Shown here piece after piece: positions 27,746-42,235 of a stretch of 64,000 bases of DNA. The position numbers were made by a program, and so were the translations under genes. The stretch comes from the human T2T-CHM13v2.0 reference genome, Homo sapiens, in the NCBI RefSeq assembly GCF_009914755.1, contig NC_060932.1. The stretch is one strand, 5' to 3'. The notes beneath the pieces are model-generated. The model was not told the DNA's origin and searched no databases. It saw nothing but the letters and a program-made list of their open reading frames with translations. The first letter of the stretch is position 1. Each line of letters begins with the position of its first letter.

Positions 27746-29492
27746 TTCCATTTCCTCTCTTCTCTCATTTTGGGACTCAAATTACATGAAACACATGGTT
27801 TTGATAAAGTCCTACAAGTCACTCAGGTTCTATGAAATCATTCTCAATCTTTTTTCTGCTTTCTCTAAATTGAACAATATTTATTGAGCTCTCTTCAAGC
27901 CCACTGTTTTTTTCTTCTGTAAATCTAATTGACTTCTAATCCCTAAAGGATGTATATTTTAAAAAATGATCTTATACTTTTTAGTTCTATAATTTTTATT
28001 TGATTGATTTTTATATCTTCCACTTTTCTGCTAAGATTCCTTTTTTTTCATTAATTATAAGCATGTTTTTAAATAGTTTTTGACAATGGTCATACTTGCT
28101 ACTTTAAAAATTCCTTTCTGCCAGTTCCAGCATCTGTGACATCTTAGTTTCAATGTATGTTGTCTTTTCTCTTGTGTATGAGTCATTTTTTCTGTTCCTC
28201 ACATATCTAATAACTTTGACTTGTATCCTCAACATTGTGAAGTCACTGGAGTCATTTGCCTGTGTTTCTAAAATATTAACCTTTGACTCACACTCTAAAC
28301 TCCATCTTTCCTGTAGTAGCAGAAACTGAAAGCTCTGATTGGTGTTTTAGCCTTAGCTATGTGTATCAGTCAGTTTGAGCTGCTACAATAAATTACCATA
28401 AGGTAGGTATAATTATCCCCCATCATGGAAAAGTCAAAGCATGGGCCACTCTCCTGGGTTGTTCCCTTCACTCAAGTTTTCTCTTCCCTTCGGGCCCTTC
28501 TGTGGGTTCATGTTCATTTTCTACTAGGTGGGGTGCTTGCACTGATTAATAGCCTGAAATATTTGCCTTCTTATTGATTGTTATACAACCTCTTTTAAAG
28601 TAAAAAAAAAAAAAGCATATTGCACAGAGAAGTGGATTTAAAATTTTTTTATGAATGAGCTATATAATTATGTTGATTCAGGCAATCAAAACTCATTGGA
28701 CTTCAATTCTGATAATTAGGAAATGTTTGATCTTGTATACTGAGAGAATGGGGAAGCTATTTGTTGCGTGTAATTTAACCTTTTGACTCATATTTTCCCT
28801 GGAGGCTCTAATGGTAGAGCACTCAGAAGTATTTGGTTTAGCTCCTATCTCAAAATTGCTGTCTAATAAAACACTTCAGTTTCTGCTTTATACTTCCATT
28901 GATTGGTGTTAAAATTGGCTTAGGAATACCAAACATTACAGTGTTTGAATTCGAAACATATAATCTTGTTATTGGAAAAAGCATATTTACTTTTAAATGT
29001 GTTCATAAAACATATTGGAAAAGGGCTACTAACTGTGCAATTTAGTGTGAACTGTGTGACTAATTTGTTTAAAATGTAAATGCAAAGTATTTGAATGTAA
29101 TTATTGACTGTCAAATTGATGATTACTGATTAATATTATTCATCAATGCACAATAGTTAACATGGATACCAAATTAGTTATAAAATCAGGAAGCTGTGAC
29201 TTTGGAAAAGGGAGGAGATCAGTACAGATTGATGTTTTAGGAAAAAAACTTCCAGTTTCGTAAAATGTCGTTAGCAACAAAAAAGAGTATATAGTGTACA
29301 CCAATATATGTTCTTTCAGTTGCTTTGTTTCTTAATATAACTTTTATTGTTAAGTTCTGCGTTTCTAATTTGACAGTATTCTTCAGGGAAAGAATCAAAA
29401 GGAAATTCTAAAAGAATTTCAGAAAACTTTTTTAATTGTTCAGAACTTATTGTAATTGCCTTTTAAAATTCAGATTCACCTTTGTTAATTAG

Positions 29493-29812
<320 letters not shown>

Positions 29813-30571
29813 AGATTCCAATTTTAATCTTGAAAACAAACTTAAAAAATTCTGCGCTATTGTTAACAGGAAATTTTGAGGCTTATAGTGTTTATTAATG
29901 TTCACACTTAGAGTTAGGTCATTAAAAATACTTACTTTATACTTTCCTAAAAATGTATTTTGATGTTTATTCCAGTACGTAAATTTTCCATTTATAATGA
30001 GAAACACAAAATTGAGTCTGATTTCTAGATCATTTTGGTTGTTAAAACTACTCTTATACCACATGTGAATGGAAGTTACAGTAAAAGGTACATAGTGAAT
30101 AGGGCAATCACAAATATAGTACTGTCTATTAGAACATTTGATAAAGATGGTAATGAATATATATATATGAGATATATAAAATCAAATATACTAAGAGATG
30201 GAAAAGCAAATGTATTTAACAAATCAAATATATACCACTGATGTTCTATAAAATGACTACCTACTGAAAATCTTCAAAAATAAACCTCAAAGTAATCTTT
30301 TCCTTGCTTTAACAAATTTCATGTAGATATTGCTTTAGCAAATGTCATGGTAGATTACCAAATAAGTATTAAACATGTGTTGCTAGTGTATATTTTGATG
30401 ATGCTCATCTTTGCCTAATAAAGCAATACATTTAAGGGGAAAAATGTTTGTCATCCTAGATCAAAGGCATCTAATATGTATAATATATATGCTATATAAA
30501 CACATATATTCTATATATAACATCTATGCAATATATATTACATATTATATATCCTATATATAATATAATGC

Positions 30572-30725
30572 ATATAATATATATGCAATTTAAAATGATT
30601 AGCATCCTAAAACTATTTATGATCCAGATCTGATCCAACATATATATAATATAGTGGATATAATATATATGCAATTTAAAATGATTAGCATCCTAAAACT
30701 ATTTATGATCCAGATCTGATCCAAC
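30572..30725. repeat. Exact 68-bp direct duplication with 18-bp spacer
   Basis: 30572-30639 = 30658-30725. Confidence 0.95.
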
Positions 30726-31417
30726 CTTTCAGTTAAAAGTTATATAATCTTACACCTCCTATTTAGTACTAATGCATTGTGTAGCTCCATGTTAGTGGGT
30801 TAAGACAAGGAATACATAGCAAAGCAATTAACTAACAATCAATCAATTAAAGTCAGTGGTATGTATGGATAAAGTTTGGAAGTGCCTGTGTGGTTAGTTG
30901 TTCAAAAACCTATAATAGAGTATAGGCTGTTAGCTTCCAACGTCTTGATGGCATAGGTTTTATCCCTCACTTAAAATCCAACTTTTTTTGCTTGGAGAAG
31001 ATAGAATAGTTGAGAAGGTAACAATTAATACCCAAAAATAAAATCTGAAGAAGCAACTCAAAAGCAATGGAAGTATTCATAAGGGAATACTTGATTCTTA
31101 CTGAGCTATTGGTTCTCTGCTTTCCATGTCTGTCTAGGCCAGTACTTATTTTCATGGTTAATTTACATCTCAGTGACTCCATATTTTTAGAAGTAATCAT
31201 AATTTAATTCCAAAGGCAAAATACTAATATGAAATGTGGTATGATTCCTTGAATAACACATGTAATTACTTTTAACATCTCAATTAATGTGGAAGATACA
31301 GGTAGATTTTTATGGGAAATTTATAGGCTTAGAAAGCTATAATTCATTTTATTAATAGAATATGTGAGCAAGAAGCATACATTTTGCTTATTTATTGATT
31401 TTTTTACTTCCTTATTT

Positions 31418-32080
31418 TTATATTATATATAAATTATATATTATATTTATATTATATATAAATTATATATTATATTTATATTATATATAAATTATATATT
31501 ATATTTATATTATATATAAATTATATATTATATTTATAATATATATAAATTATATATTATATTTATATTATATATAAATATATATATTTATATTATATAT
31601 AAATATATATATTTATATTATATATAAATATATATATTTATATTATATATAAATTATATAATTTATATTATATATAAATTATATATTATATTTATATTAT
31701 ATATAAATTATATATTATATTTATATTATATATAAATTATATATATTTATATTCTATGTAAATTATATATATTATATTTATATTCTATGTAAATTATATA
31801 TATTATATTTATATTCTATGTAAATTATATATATTATATTTATATTCTATGTAAATTATATATATATTATATTTATATTCTATGTAAATTATATATATAT
31901 TATATTTATATTCTATGTAAATTATATATATTTATATTATATGTAAATTATATATATATTTTTATTATATGTAAATTATATATATATTTTTATTCTATGT
32001 AAATTATATATATTATATTTTTATTCTATGTAAATTATATATATATTATATTTATATTCTATATAAATTACATATTATAC
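31418..32080. repeat. AT-rich minisatellite (~22-32 bp units)
   Basis: Units like tttatattatatataaattatatattata; the later variant carries ttctatgtaaat. Confidence 0.95.
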
Positions 32081-32081
32081 T

Positions 32082-32373
32082 GCTGGAGTTCAGTGGCTCT
32101 ATCTTGGCTAACTGCAAGCTCCGCCTCCTGGGTTCACACTATTCTCCTGCCTCAGCCTCCCGAGTAGCTGGGACTACAGGCGCCAGCCACCATGCCAGGC
32201 TAATATTTTTGAATTTTTTTTTTTAGTAGAGATGGGTTTCACTGTGTTAGCCAGGATGATCTCCATCTCCTGACTTCGTGATCCGCCCGCCTCAGCCTCC
32301 CAAAGTGCTGGGATTACAGGCGTGAGCCACCGCGGCCGGCCAGATTCCAATTTTAATCTTGAAAACAAACTTA
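32082..32373 (-). repeat. Tail-less duplicate of the AluY plus flank at 29552-29844
   Basis: Shares private Alu variants and the non-Alu flank agattccaattttaatcttgaaaacaaactta. Confidence 0.93.
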
Positions 32374-32379
32374 TAACAC

Positions 32380-32515
32380 GTTATAAACACGTTATGTTAG
32401 TGTTTCCATGGGAACACCTGAGAGGAGCACCTGGCCGAAACCAAGGAGTCAGGGAAGATTTCCTGAAAGACGTGCCACCTTGTCTCGTTAAATGTTAAAG
32501 GAGTAGCAGTGGTTA
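32380..32515 (-). repeat. Inverted duplicate of 33428-33563
   Basis: 136-bp reverse-complement match with about 5 mismatches. Confidence 0.93.
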
Positions 32516-33419
32516 TTGATTTATTGATTTTTTTACTTCCTTATTTAATAAGAAATATCAAATTAAAGCATTATAGTGAATTGGAATGGGAAAGCATATG
32601 AACGGGAAAAGTTTGATTCAAAACAGTTATAAGGATGGGATGTAGAAGGATCTCTGCTCCAGAGAGAAGCTATGAAATAATAAGAGGGAAAACTACTTAG
32701 GACCTGTGTGTCTTCCATGAGGTAGTGGAATGAAGAACTTTTCAGAGTTTCTGCCATAATTATGGTTATGATTCTTCATTTTGTTCTTGAAGCCCTTGGG
32801 GGGAAAAAAGGAGAAGCATAATCTTTATTATATTTCAAATTTAACCTCATTACATAAAACCCCAAAATATCTAATTCGGATTATTTCTTAAAATGTCAAT
32901 TCTTTTCCCTGATAGTTACCAGATAGGTTAGTTGACCCAGAGAATGAGGAAAGGCACAAAAGTCCTGTTTTTCTTGGTCTCTCATCAATCCAAGAACACA
33001 GAGGGATAATTTTTGTCTTCCTATTTGTTCAGTTTTTGAATCAACAACTTTCATTTAGAACTGGAGTTCCTACTATTACACTGAATATAGTGAAGGAGGT
33101 TACCAACTGAGTGCAGTACAATTTGAGAACTTTGATGCACAAGAATTCAGGAATGTGGGAATCCAGTTGTAATCTAAGCTCTCTACCCAGATGCCTCATT
33201 CAGTGGGCAGTGGTGACCATTTGCTGTCCTTCTGCTGAATTCCTGTCAAAGATCCTTGTCAGCAACCGAAAAGAAACAAGGCAAATTCATTTATGGGTAA
33301 CTTCTCTGTTTGCAAGCATCACTTCTTACCATCCCTGTGTTACAGATAAACTTACTGCACAAACGCAGTGGTCTTTATCTGCTCCTGCTGTTTAGTGGAA
33401 ATAGTGTTTTCTCAATCTC

Positions 33420-33715
33420 TTCTGGGTTAACCACTGCTCCTCCTTTAACATTTAGTGAGACAAGGTGGCACGTCTTTCAGGAAATCTTCCCTGACTCCTT
33501 GGTTTTGGCCAGGTGCTCCTCTCGGGTGTTCCCATGGAAACACTAACATAACGTGTTTATAACTATCTGTCTTGGGGACTGTTGTCCACTGAACTATAAA
33601 TTGCATAAGGTCAGGGAATATGTCTTCACTTTTGGATTTCCATCGTCCAGGATTGATCCTGGGCAATAAAGGATTCACGATAAAGCCCTGGTGAATGAAT
33701 CAACAAATGAATTTC
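33420..33715 (+). mobile_element. L2 3' fragment
   Basis: tcaggaaatcttccctgact...ggtcagggaatatgtc...gtgaatgaat. Confidence 0.65.
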
Positions 33716-35035
33716 AATAAATGATGTACTTAAAAGGCAAATTAACTATGATATATTTTAGGAGGCTTTATTGAGTAAAAGTGATTGAGCTTTCCCATGA
33801 ATGCATCATTTGAATAACAATTTTTAAATTAACAGGTTAGAGAAGAGGAGATAATTTAGCAGCTATTGGTTGGCATAGTGGCCTCTTTTGTCGTAATTTT
33901 TCATTCAAATTCTTGTTCTTGTTGTGAAAGGATGATATTGTGAAGGTGTACACCCTTTATTTTTATAATCCCTGCAATTCCTTTGTTTATTTCTTAGTTC
34001 TTTATTTTCAAACTAGGCCTTGGCTTTAAAGCCCTGCCATGGAAAGGAAGGTGATAGCAGAAATTCAAAGTAAAACAGAAAAAGTCATAGGTTTTATTAC
34101 TCTTATTACATCACAAAAATAGATAATAAACTCTCATAGGACTGGTTGAAGAAAGGATAACACCTAACTAGAGTAGGTATTGTGAAACAATTGTGTCTCA
34201 GGAAGGAACCTGTTTCTATTTCTATTACATTGAGTTCTAACCACACAAACAAATCTTCAGACTTATTTAGGGATCTGAGGGCAGAAAGAGAACCCAGGAA
34301 GCCAGTGCAGTCCTCGTTTCATATTTCCCTGTGCCATGTGATCAAGGTTTGATAGCAGAGGAATACACTGACTAATTGGCATGTATGGGCAGAGAGAACT
34401 TGGGAACAGCCACCTTGACTGCTGCTGCCTAGAGTGGTGTCAGGGAGCAGGTGAGGTTTTTAGTTGAGTTGGAGGGCTTGGCTTGAAGGTGTCTCATGGT
34501 AGATGGAAGAGGCAGCCATAAATGATAGCACAACCAAGCCGAAGGACCGGAAGAAATGGGTGGAAAAATTGATGCCAGCAAAGACTAGGGGTCAAAGGCC
34601 TCCTCCACAAGTTGTTGATGTTGTAAGACAGCCTCTCCTCTGTAGACACTGAATATCAAAGCTTCCCCTGAGAAAAGATCAAGGAAACTGTGCAGCTTTA
34701 ACTTGTACCTCAACTGACTATGATGAACATATTGACTTGATGCTATCTACCTTTATTTGGAATGGAGGCTTGAATTACAGAATAATTTTCAGAGAGATCA
34801 AAAGTTACATTTGCAGTTCTGACTTCTTAGTGTGACATTATCTTACTCATTATATTAGTTTCACCAAGATCCAGTTCTCTAAAATGAAAAGGAAAAAAAA
34901 ATTGTAATAACTTCAAGATGGGGATCCATCTTCTGTGTCCCACACAGAATAGTCCATTAATGCTGACAAACATATTTTCCCATTTATTGCCAACAACATG
35001 TTATTTCAGGACTTTATATTGTGTATGTTAAATTT

Positions 35036-35089
35036 CTGTCTCTGTCTCTCTTCTCTCTCTCTCTCTCTCTGTCTCTCATACACACACAC
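35036..35089. repeat. (CT)n/(CA)n microsatellite
   Basis: Direct reading. Confidence 0.8.
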
Positions 35090-37724
35090 CTTGTACAATA
35101 TAGCTCACCTTACTGAAATAACAAATAATGTGAAAATGTTATGTATTCGATCAAAGCCACAAAATAAATTGCAGAGATAGGTTATAGATTGAGGTCTATC
35201 TCCCTTCAGAGATTTTGTACTTCTCATTTATTATTGTGACCTGAAAGAATTGATACTTCCTCAAACATAACCTTGTTACTTTTTTCTTACTAATTGCTGG
35301 CAAATGATAAAACCTTCAGCTTGCAGATGACTTCTAAAAAACAGTGAATGGAAAAGAGCCTTGATGGCTTAAGTAATCTGTTAATAGTAAAAAGATTGAT
35401 TTATTATAATATTGTTATTTATTGAAGTCATGAGATGGCAGGAGAGAGTACAATGGGGTATTGAATTTTTATCTAGAGAAAGAAGGCATTGTGTTATAAA
35501 TTTTTTAAGTTCAATTTTTTAAATTACAGTACTATATCAAGATTCAGTTAGAAGTATTAAAAATTCAAAGATTCAGCCATTTCAGTTGTCAAGCATGTAG
35601 AATCGCAAACTTTAATAAGAAAAAAAGTTTATCAAAAGATGAAATGGCAAGAAGCCCTAGAGTAGGCATAACTGGTGACAGTATGTGTGGTGTCATTACC
35701 ACATTCCTCTGCAGGATGCCACACATTCCAGTCCCTTGTCTTCCCATCATTAAATAATACATAGTGACTTTTTTGGGTCTCCTAAATCTTTTGTTTTCTT
35801 TAGCGAATATTAAGTTGTAAAAAAAGACCATAAAAGGAACATGTTTCCTAAAGTTTTTACTTCTGAACATTAATAAAATATTCTGTCAACGTTGTTAATT
35901 ATTTTTATTTTTAAACATGTAAAGGTTGTGCAGTTCACACATGGTATTTACTATTGGATTTTGTAGAATCAATTTACTTAGTAGAAATACCCTTAGTTTG
36001 TAAACAAGTCATCTAATTTTCATTTAGCTATATAAGTACCACATAAAAATTGATTATTCTCTTATAAAATCCTACGGTGACTTATTTCAGCATTCTATAT
36101 TTCCAGTGATATGATGTAGAAATCAATGCTGTTGTTACTAACTTAATGGAAGTATAAGAGTTGCATTTGATGTTGATTTCTATGTTCCATGAAGAGGAAG
36201 AGACTGTGTAAACATATATGTTCTTACACTGTCAATATATATGTTGACAGAATATTATAAAAGGTTAGTTCAATTACTGTGCAGACCTATATTCTAAATT
36301 ATCAGCAAATCACAGCACACAGCCAATTCTCCTAACTATAGGCAATGTCCGTTTAAGACAGCTGTTTTTCCAACCATTTTTAATATTTTCTGGGTTTAGG
36401 AATTTTCCAAGTCCTCTTAAGTACAGCTTATTTCAGTGGTTGATTTTTTTTTGGTCTCTATGTGTAATCTTTTCAAATAACAATAACTCCAAAGGGTGAA
36501 GATATAAAAGATTTGTAATAATATTAAGCAAATGAAGAGCAGCAGACGTATTATTAACATGACATATAAAATGGACAGGATAAATTAGAAAAGGTCCTAT
36601 AGGAGCACTCATAAAAGTTTTCATCTAGCCTTTTGCCCAATTATATTTTATATTCTGAAAGAATGGAAACAATCTCTTTTAAAATTTTATAGCACTCAGG
36701 GCCTATACTAAATCTTTCATATGTTTTCAAATTATTCATTTGCAAAAATTAAATTTATACTGTAATTATTTCTTTAAAATTGGGTAGACTCAACCAGTGG
36801 CAGTGGTTTTAAAAAGACTCCTTAACTGTGAAACAGAATTCATTGCATAAAATACATTGGAACATTCACATTCAGTTATTACGACACTAGTCTTTCACTT
36901 GAATGTGTCTGTTTATGAATTTATTTGTCAAGAAATTTTTGAAATCTATTTGGTGAAAGTAGAGAAGAGAGAAAAAGGATAACAGATGAGGTTACCAGGG
37001 AACGTTATGAAAAGAAGGTTGTGTTTGGGAGAGGTGTGAAAATTTGGAAGAGTGATTATGGCAAATAAGAAAGACTGCTATTTGGAGATGAGTAAAATTC
37101 TGTGAAGAAAAGTGAGGTTGGGAATAATCAGTAATGAAGTCCTTTGCCACAATTTTATGTATTTTTCCAAAAGCTTCAAGTAAGAGCAGATAAAATGAAC
37201 TGCAGGTTTTTCCACAGATAACCTGTGAAGGGTAGGATTGGGGACCGTTTGGTTGAAATATTTAGTTACGAGATTTAAGGTGGATATAGAATTACATGAA
37301 GACAGGCTTGTTTTAACATTACAATATATAACTAAACTGTAGTGTAATTAGGCTAAATACATTTAACTCTTCATAAGGTTATGAGAATGTTTAGAAATAA
37401 AACATAAAACATAAAAATTACATTAAATTGGTACTAAATCTTACATAGTGCCATATTTATCTACATATGCAAAAGTGTACATTGTGTCTCTCTCCTACAT
37501 TCATAATTATACAGAATTAATCAGTTTGTGATATCTTACTTTTTGCTTCAAATCAATCATTAATTTTGAAGAACTTTAGATTAAAAATGAATAGGCTTCT
37601 GTAGATACACTAAAATGTCGGATTCTGGTGAACATTTTCACAATCTTGGCTGTTTGGCCAGTTTTTAACAAACCTGGAGTTTTTTTGTTGTGCTCGTTGT
37701 TCGTGAGATTTTCGTGTGTCTGTG

Positions 37725-37850
37725 TATGCATTCATTCAACAAATGTTTATTGAGTTTCTGTTAGGTAGCAGACATAATTCTAGACATCCTGAATATAGTT
37801 GTGAACAAAACAAACCTAGTGTCTGTTCTCAATCTTAGGATCTGATTCTA
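37725..37850 (-). mobile_element. L2 3' end fragment
   Basis: cattcattcaacaaatgtttattgag...gtgaacaaaacaaac. Confidence 0.75.
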
Positions 37851-38719
37851 AATTAGGGGCTCTGTAAATAATTAATCACTTACAAGTCAAACCGTTTAAT
37901 TACTTGGGTACCTTGTTTATTATAGTTAATAGCTTTTACTTGGCCTTTGCACCTGGGGTCATCCTAGCTCCACTAGAAACAGGCAACTCAATTGAATTAC
38001 AGCAGGTTCACCTGCTTTTGTAGCTATGGTATAGCTAACCTTTAATTCCTAACATCAAGTCTTCATATTCTTTTCTCTACAGTATGCCAAGGGATGTCTG
38101 AAACCTTAATTCTTTGAAGTGGGCATGACATTGGTTCTAAGTTTGGGCTAACTAACCCACCATACCATTATGAATGTAGTGAGCTTTTCAAGCCGGCAGA
38201 TTGTCTGCTAAGGGCACCTACATCAACACATTTAGTTCACTCAGGTCCCCTCAAACTCAATATGTACAAATATGCTGTAGTGTTTGTTATTAAACATGCA
38301 CAGATTTCCATTTATATCAGTCTGATCAAAATAATTTACTTCCATATGTGGTTATTTTAGACATTATTTAAAGAATGTAAAGTAATCCTGAAAATGTCAA
38401 ATGAGTATTACAATAACTTCACAAGGCTATTGATTCTTTCTGATGAATATACTTATTTGTCTTATAAAATTTATACTTATTATTAAGGAATCAGAGCATT
38501 TAAAAAATAGATTTTTAATTATTGTACAAAGCAATTAAATATCCAAACCTGTGTTGAATCAGGACTGTGAGTGATCTTAGTATGTGAAATAGTAATGTTT
38601 TCTGATGGCCAGAACTACATCATCTCTATTGGGAGTTCACTGTCTTGTTTGTTACATGGAGAATAAAATCTTTTATATGTAATTTTTAAAAAACATTATT
38701 TTAAGACAAAACCTTAGTT

Positions 38720-40580
38720 TTACTTTTTGCAGTGCTGCAGAATAAATTCTGATAAAACAACTGTTAAAGGGTCCCTATGATAAAATAACACTGCGTCCTG
38801 GGTAAATTATGACAAATACAAAGTTTACTGCACTTCAAGAATTGCTAAAATAAGTTAAATCTTAAAGGTGCCTAAAATAAAATGAAATGATAAAATAAAG
38901 CAGTTTGTTCTGAAGGAAAGTGCATATTTCAGTGGTGTGATGGAAAGATAAATCCATGGGAGTCCAGCAATATAGAGAAGCTGAATTTGAAATTCCTACG
39001 TTAAGCTTGGAACCTTGAAGGGACAAAAGTGTTCTCCGGTTGATAAAACCTTCTAAAACCAGAAAGGGCAAATGCAAATTCAAATTCAAGAGAAAACATC
39101 TTTCATTTGGTTCCAAACCAATCTCACAGATTATATTTTAAAATGAGTTTACTTTAGGAAACACAATTACTAAGCATGGCAGAGAATAAGTCACCATGGT
39201 TGATATATAGGGAAACAACAATAGACTTATTTCCCCCAATGACTTCAGATATTGGAATGATCAAATTTAAGATATAAATTACTTTGAAACATATAAAGGG
39301 ATAAAAATAAAATGGAACTGATATAATTACAGGAAACAATCAATAATGTCTTGGTAGGTTTAAAAACTATCCCAATAGAAATTTTAGATGCAAAAAAATG
39401 TAATTGTAGAATCCCAGCACTTCGGGAGGCCGAGGCAGGTGGATCACCTGAGGTCAGGAGTTCAAGACCAGTGTGACCAACATGGAGAAACACCATCTCT
39501 ACTAAAAATACAAAATTAGACAGGCATGATGGCATGCACCTGTAATCCCAGCTACTTGGGAGGCTGAGGAAGGAGAATGGCTTGAATCCAGGAGGCAGAG
39601 GTTGCAGTGAGCCAAATTGCGCCATTGCACTCCAGCCTGGGCAAGGAGAGCGAAACTATGCCTCAAAAAAAAAAAAAAAAAATACTTGAGTGAAAAAGAT
39701 AGATAAAGTTTAGTAGAGAGATAGGAAAATGGATGATAGAGTTTTGGGAGCTAACCAGAATGTAATACAAAACATAAAAGGAAGTAGAATATAAAAGAGT
39801 GGTTAAGAAATATGTATGCTAAAAGGAACAGTAACAAATATCTAACTGGAGTTCTAGAGGACAGAATAAAGAAAATGGCAGAATGACAATATTTGCAAAT
39901 ATAATGGGTGATGATATTCCAGAAGTAACAAAAAATTTATAGCATATGCTATTAAGGTGTCAAAAGAAATTTTTATTTAGGTGCTTTTTAGTAAGTTTGA
40001 AGAACAAAGACAGAATGAAAATTGTCAAAGCAGCCAGTGAGAAAATACACATCAATTACAACAGAATGACAAATAGATTGGGAGTGGATAGCTTAAGAGT
40101 AAAATGAAAACTAAAGAACAATAGATTAATAATCTTTCAAATATGAAGAAAAATTAATGTCAACTTTAGAATTTGTACCTGTCAAAAATATCTTTCATGG
40201 ATGAAGGCAAAATAAATATCTTTTTAGATATGCAACATTTAACACATGTTAACCAAAGAAACTTTTAAAATACGTATTTTGGAAAGAAATGAAATAACCC
40301 CAGATCCCAGGTTTGAGATACAAAATAAAAATCATAGGCAAATAATCTAGATAACATAATGTAAATAAAATACTGTTTGTATAAAGTAATAATGATAAGT
40401 ATGAGAACAATTATTTTTAATTAAATACAAAAGGAAAGAGAATAATGAAAAACCATAGCATATAAGATGGGATTGATTAGATTTCAAGTGTTGGAAAATC
40501 CTTTTACTATTTGTGAGAGGGTTTATAATCCTTCTTGACTTTAAATGTGTTAAACCAAAATATTAACATATCTGCAACAA
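38720..40580 (+). mobile_element. Ancient L1M 5'/ORF1 region interrupted by Alu
   Basis: A-rich ORF1-like motifs (ctaactggagttctagagg, aaagcagccagtgagaaa, aactttagaatttgtacc, gaaggcaaaataaa). Confidence 0.6.
39410..39682 (+). mobile_element. 5'-truncated AluS
   Basis: Starts at aatcccagcac and ends in poly(A). Confidence 0.92.
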
Positions 40581-41399
40581 GAAAGAACAGAACACTATAG
40601 AGAAGGGTTGAGGATTTCTGGGTTGTCGACCTTTGGGGATCCTTTTATCCCTATTTCAGTTCATGGTGTACCAGACTTTCCCATTTAACAGTCCCAATTT
40701 ATACTTAACTGGTGTGTTCAACAGAAGTTAACAGTCTGCAGGATCATATTTTACTTTCTACTTTTGGCTACCTCAGCTATATTATCATTATTATAGAAAA
40801 ATATTGGTTGTATTTTATATCTCAGGATAAAAATTTAGAGATTAGGACTTATTTTCATTCCTTCTTTGACTCTGCATTGGAAGGTGAAGTCCTGTCTCCA
40901 AATATTTTCGAATTCTTTTTCAATATAAATGGTGTTTAGATTCTACGTTGCTAAAACTTAATAGTGCCCAGTGTCCTCTGTTCATTTTAGAATTACATAA
41001 GTTTTACAATTATAATTATAGACTTTTCTTTCTTCCAAGTGAGATAAAATGTCTTGCTAGTGCTTACTCTCCTAAAATTATAATATATTTGCATACAAAT
41101 AAAATTGTTATGACTGTTGGAATTATTTTAAAAATGTTAATCAAATTATCTATACTAGAACTGGTAACCCAGTTACATATTTGTGTCTACACCTTTACTT
41201 TTTCAACTGCATAATATGTGTTATGACACTTGCCTTGAGGACACCAATGAAATGGGTATTTCTAAGTCGTTTCTCCAAAGTCTTTAGTCCTAAGTGTCAA
41301 ATTGTGCTCTCAACTTAATTTATTTTGTTTAGTAATTCATTGAGCCCTATGGCTTTAAATATCATCTTTATGCTGGTAAACATAAAAGGCATAAACTTG

Positions 41400-42235
41400 A
41401 ATTCCCCTCCCCTACCCATCCTGTAGTACTGACCTCTCCATTTGGTGAGCAGTGCTGAGCCATTATCCTACTTATTCCAGCCACAGCATAGGAATTTTCC
41501 ATGGTTCCTCTTTTTCTCTTACTCCTGTCCACATTAGCAAGTCCTATTAAGTATGCATTCAAACAAACAATGTCTTGAATCTTTTAATTTTTCCATCTTA
41601 TTATGACTACCTTAGTGCAAAACACTATCATCTGTCACCTAGCTCACTGTAATAACCTCCTACTGATTTCTCTGCTTCTACTCAGGCTTTCCTCAATCAT
41701 TTATTTTTTAACCAAGGTATGTGTATATATATGTATCTATGATTTAAAAATACATTAAAGACACAAATCAAATTATGTTCATTATCTGCTTTAAATCTGC
41801 CAGTGGCTTTCTATGATACTTAAAATAAAATTGGAATCAGTTGCTTGTCTGCAAAATCCTCCCTTCCATACCATTTCCTCCATCACCACCATGCCATCAG
41901 TGCTAGCTGTTCCTTCTTTCAATTCTCTCCCTCATCTTTTTAAGACTGACCCTCTTGTCATTAAGATCTCAGACTAATGTAATTTCTTAGAGGCTTTTCT
42001 GACTACTAGAGTTACCTAGTCACTCTGTACTAAATGCCTTATTTTTTCTCTATGTGATATGTTATTATTTATTTTTATCTCTGTATATCTCTCTATCATC
42101 TATGTAATACCCCCTAATTTCCAGAATATAACATCCATGAGAGCAGCAGCAACCTCATCACTATTTTTCACACAAGCCATTAGAATACTACCTGGGCTTT
42201 TGATGGTGCTCATTAAATATCTCTTGTATACATGA
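41400..42235 (+). mobile_element. L2 fragment
   Basis: catctgtcacctagctcactgtaataacctcctactg...ccatgagagcag...gtgctcattaaata. Confidence 0.7.

Noticed and set aside
31418-32080. Possible CRISPR-like repeat array
   Set aside because: Head-to-tail AT units without unique spacers, in a eukaryotic context
32082-32341. Independent AluY retrotransposition
   Set aside because: No poly(A) tail or own TSD, and it shares flank and private variants with the 29.5 kb Alu
36206-36250. Two adjacent short hairpins (gtgtaa..ttacac; ctgtcaa..ttgacag)
   Set aside because: Stems are short and TA-centred; expected by chance or micro-duplication
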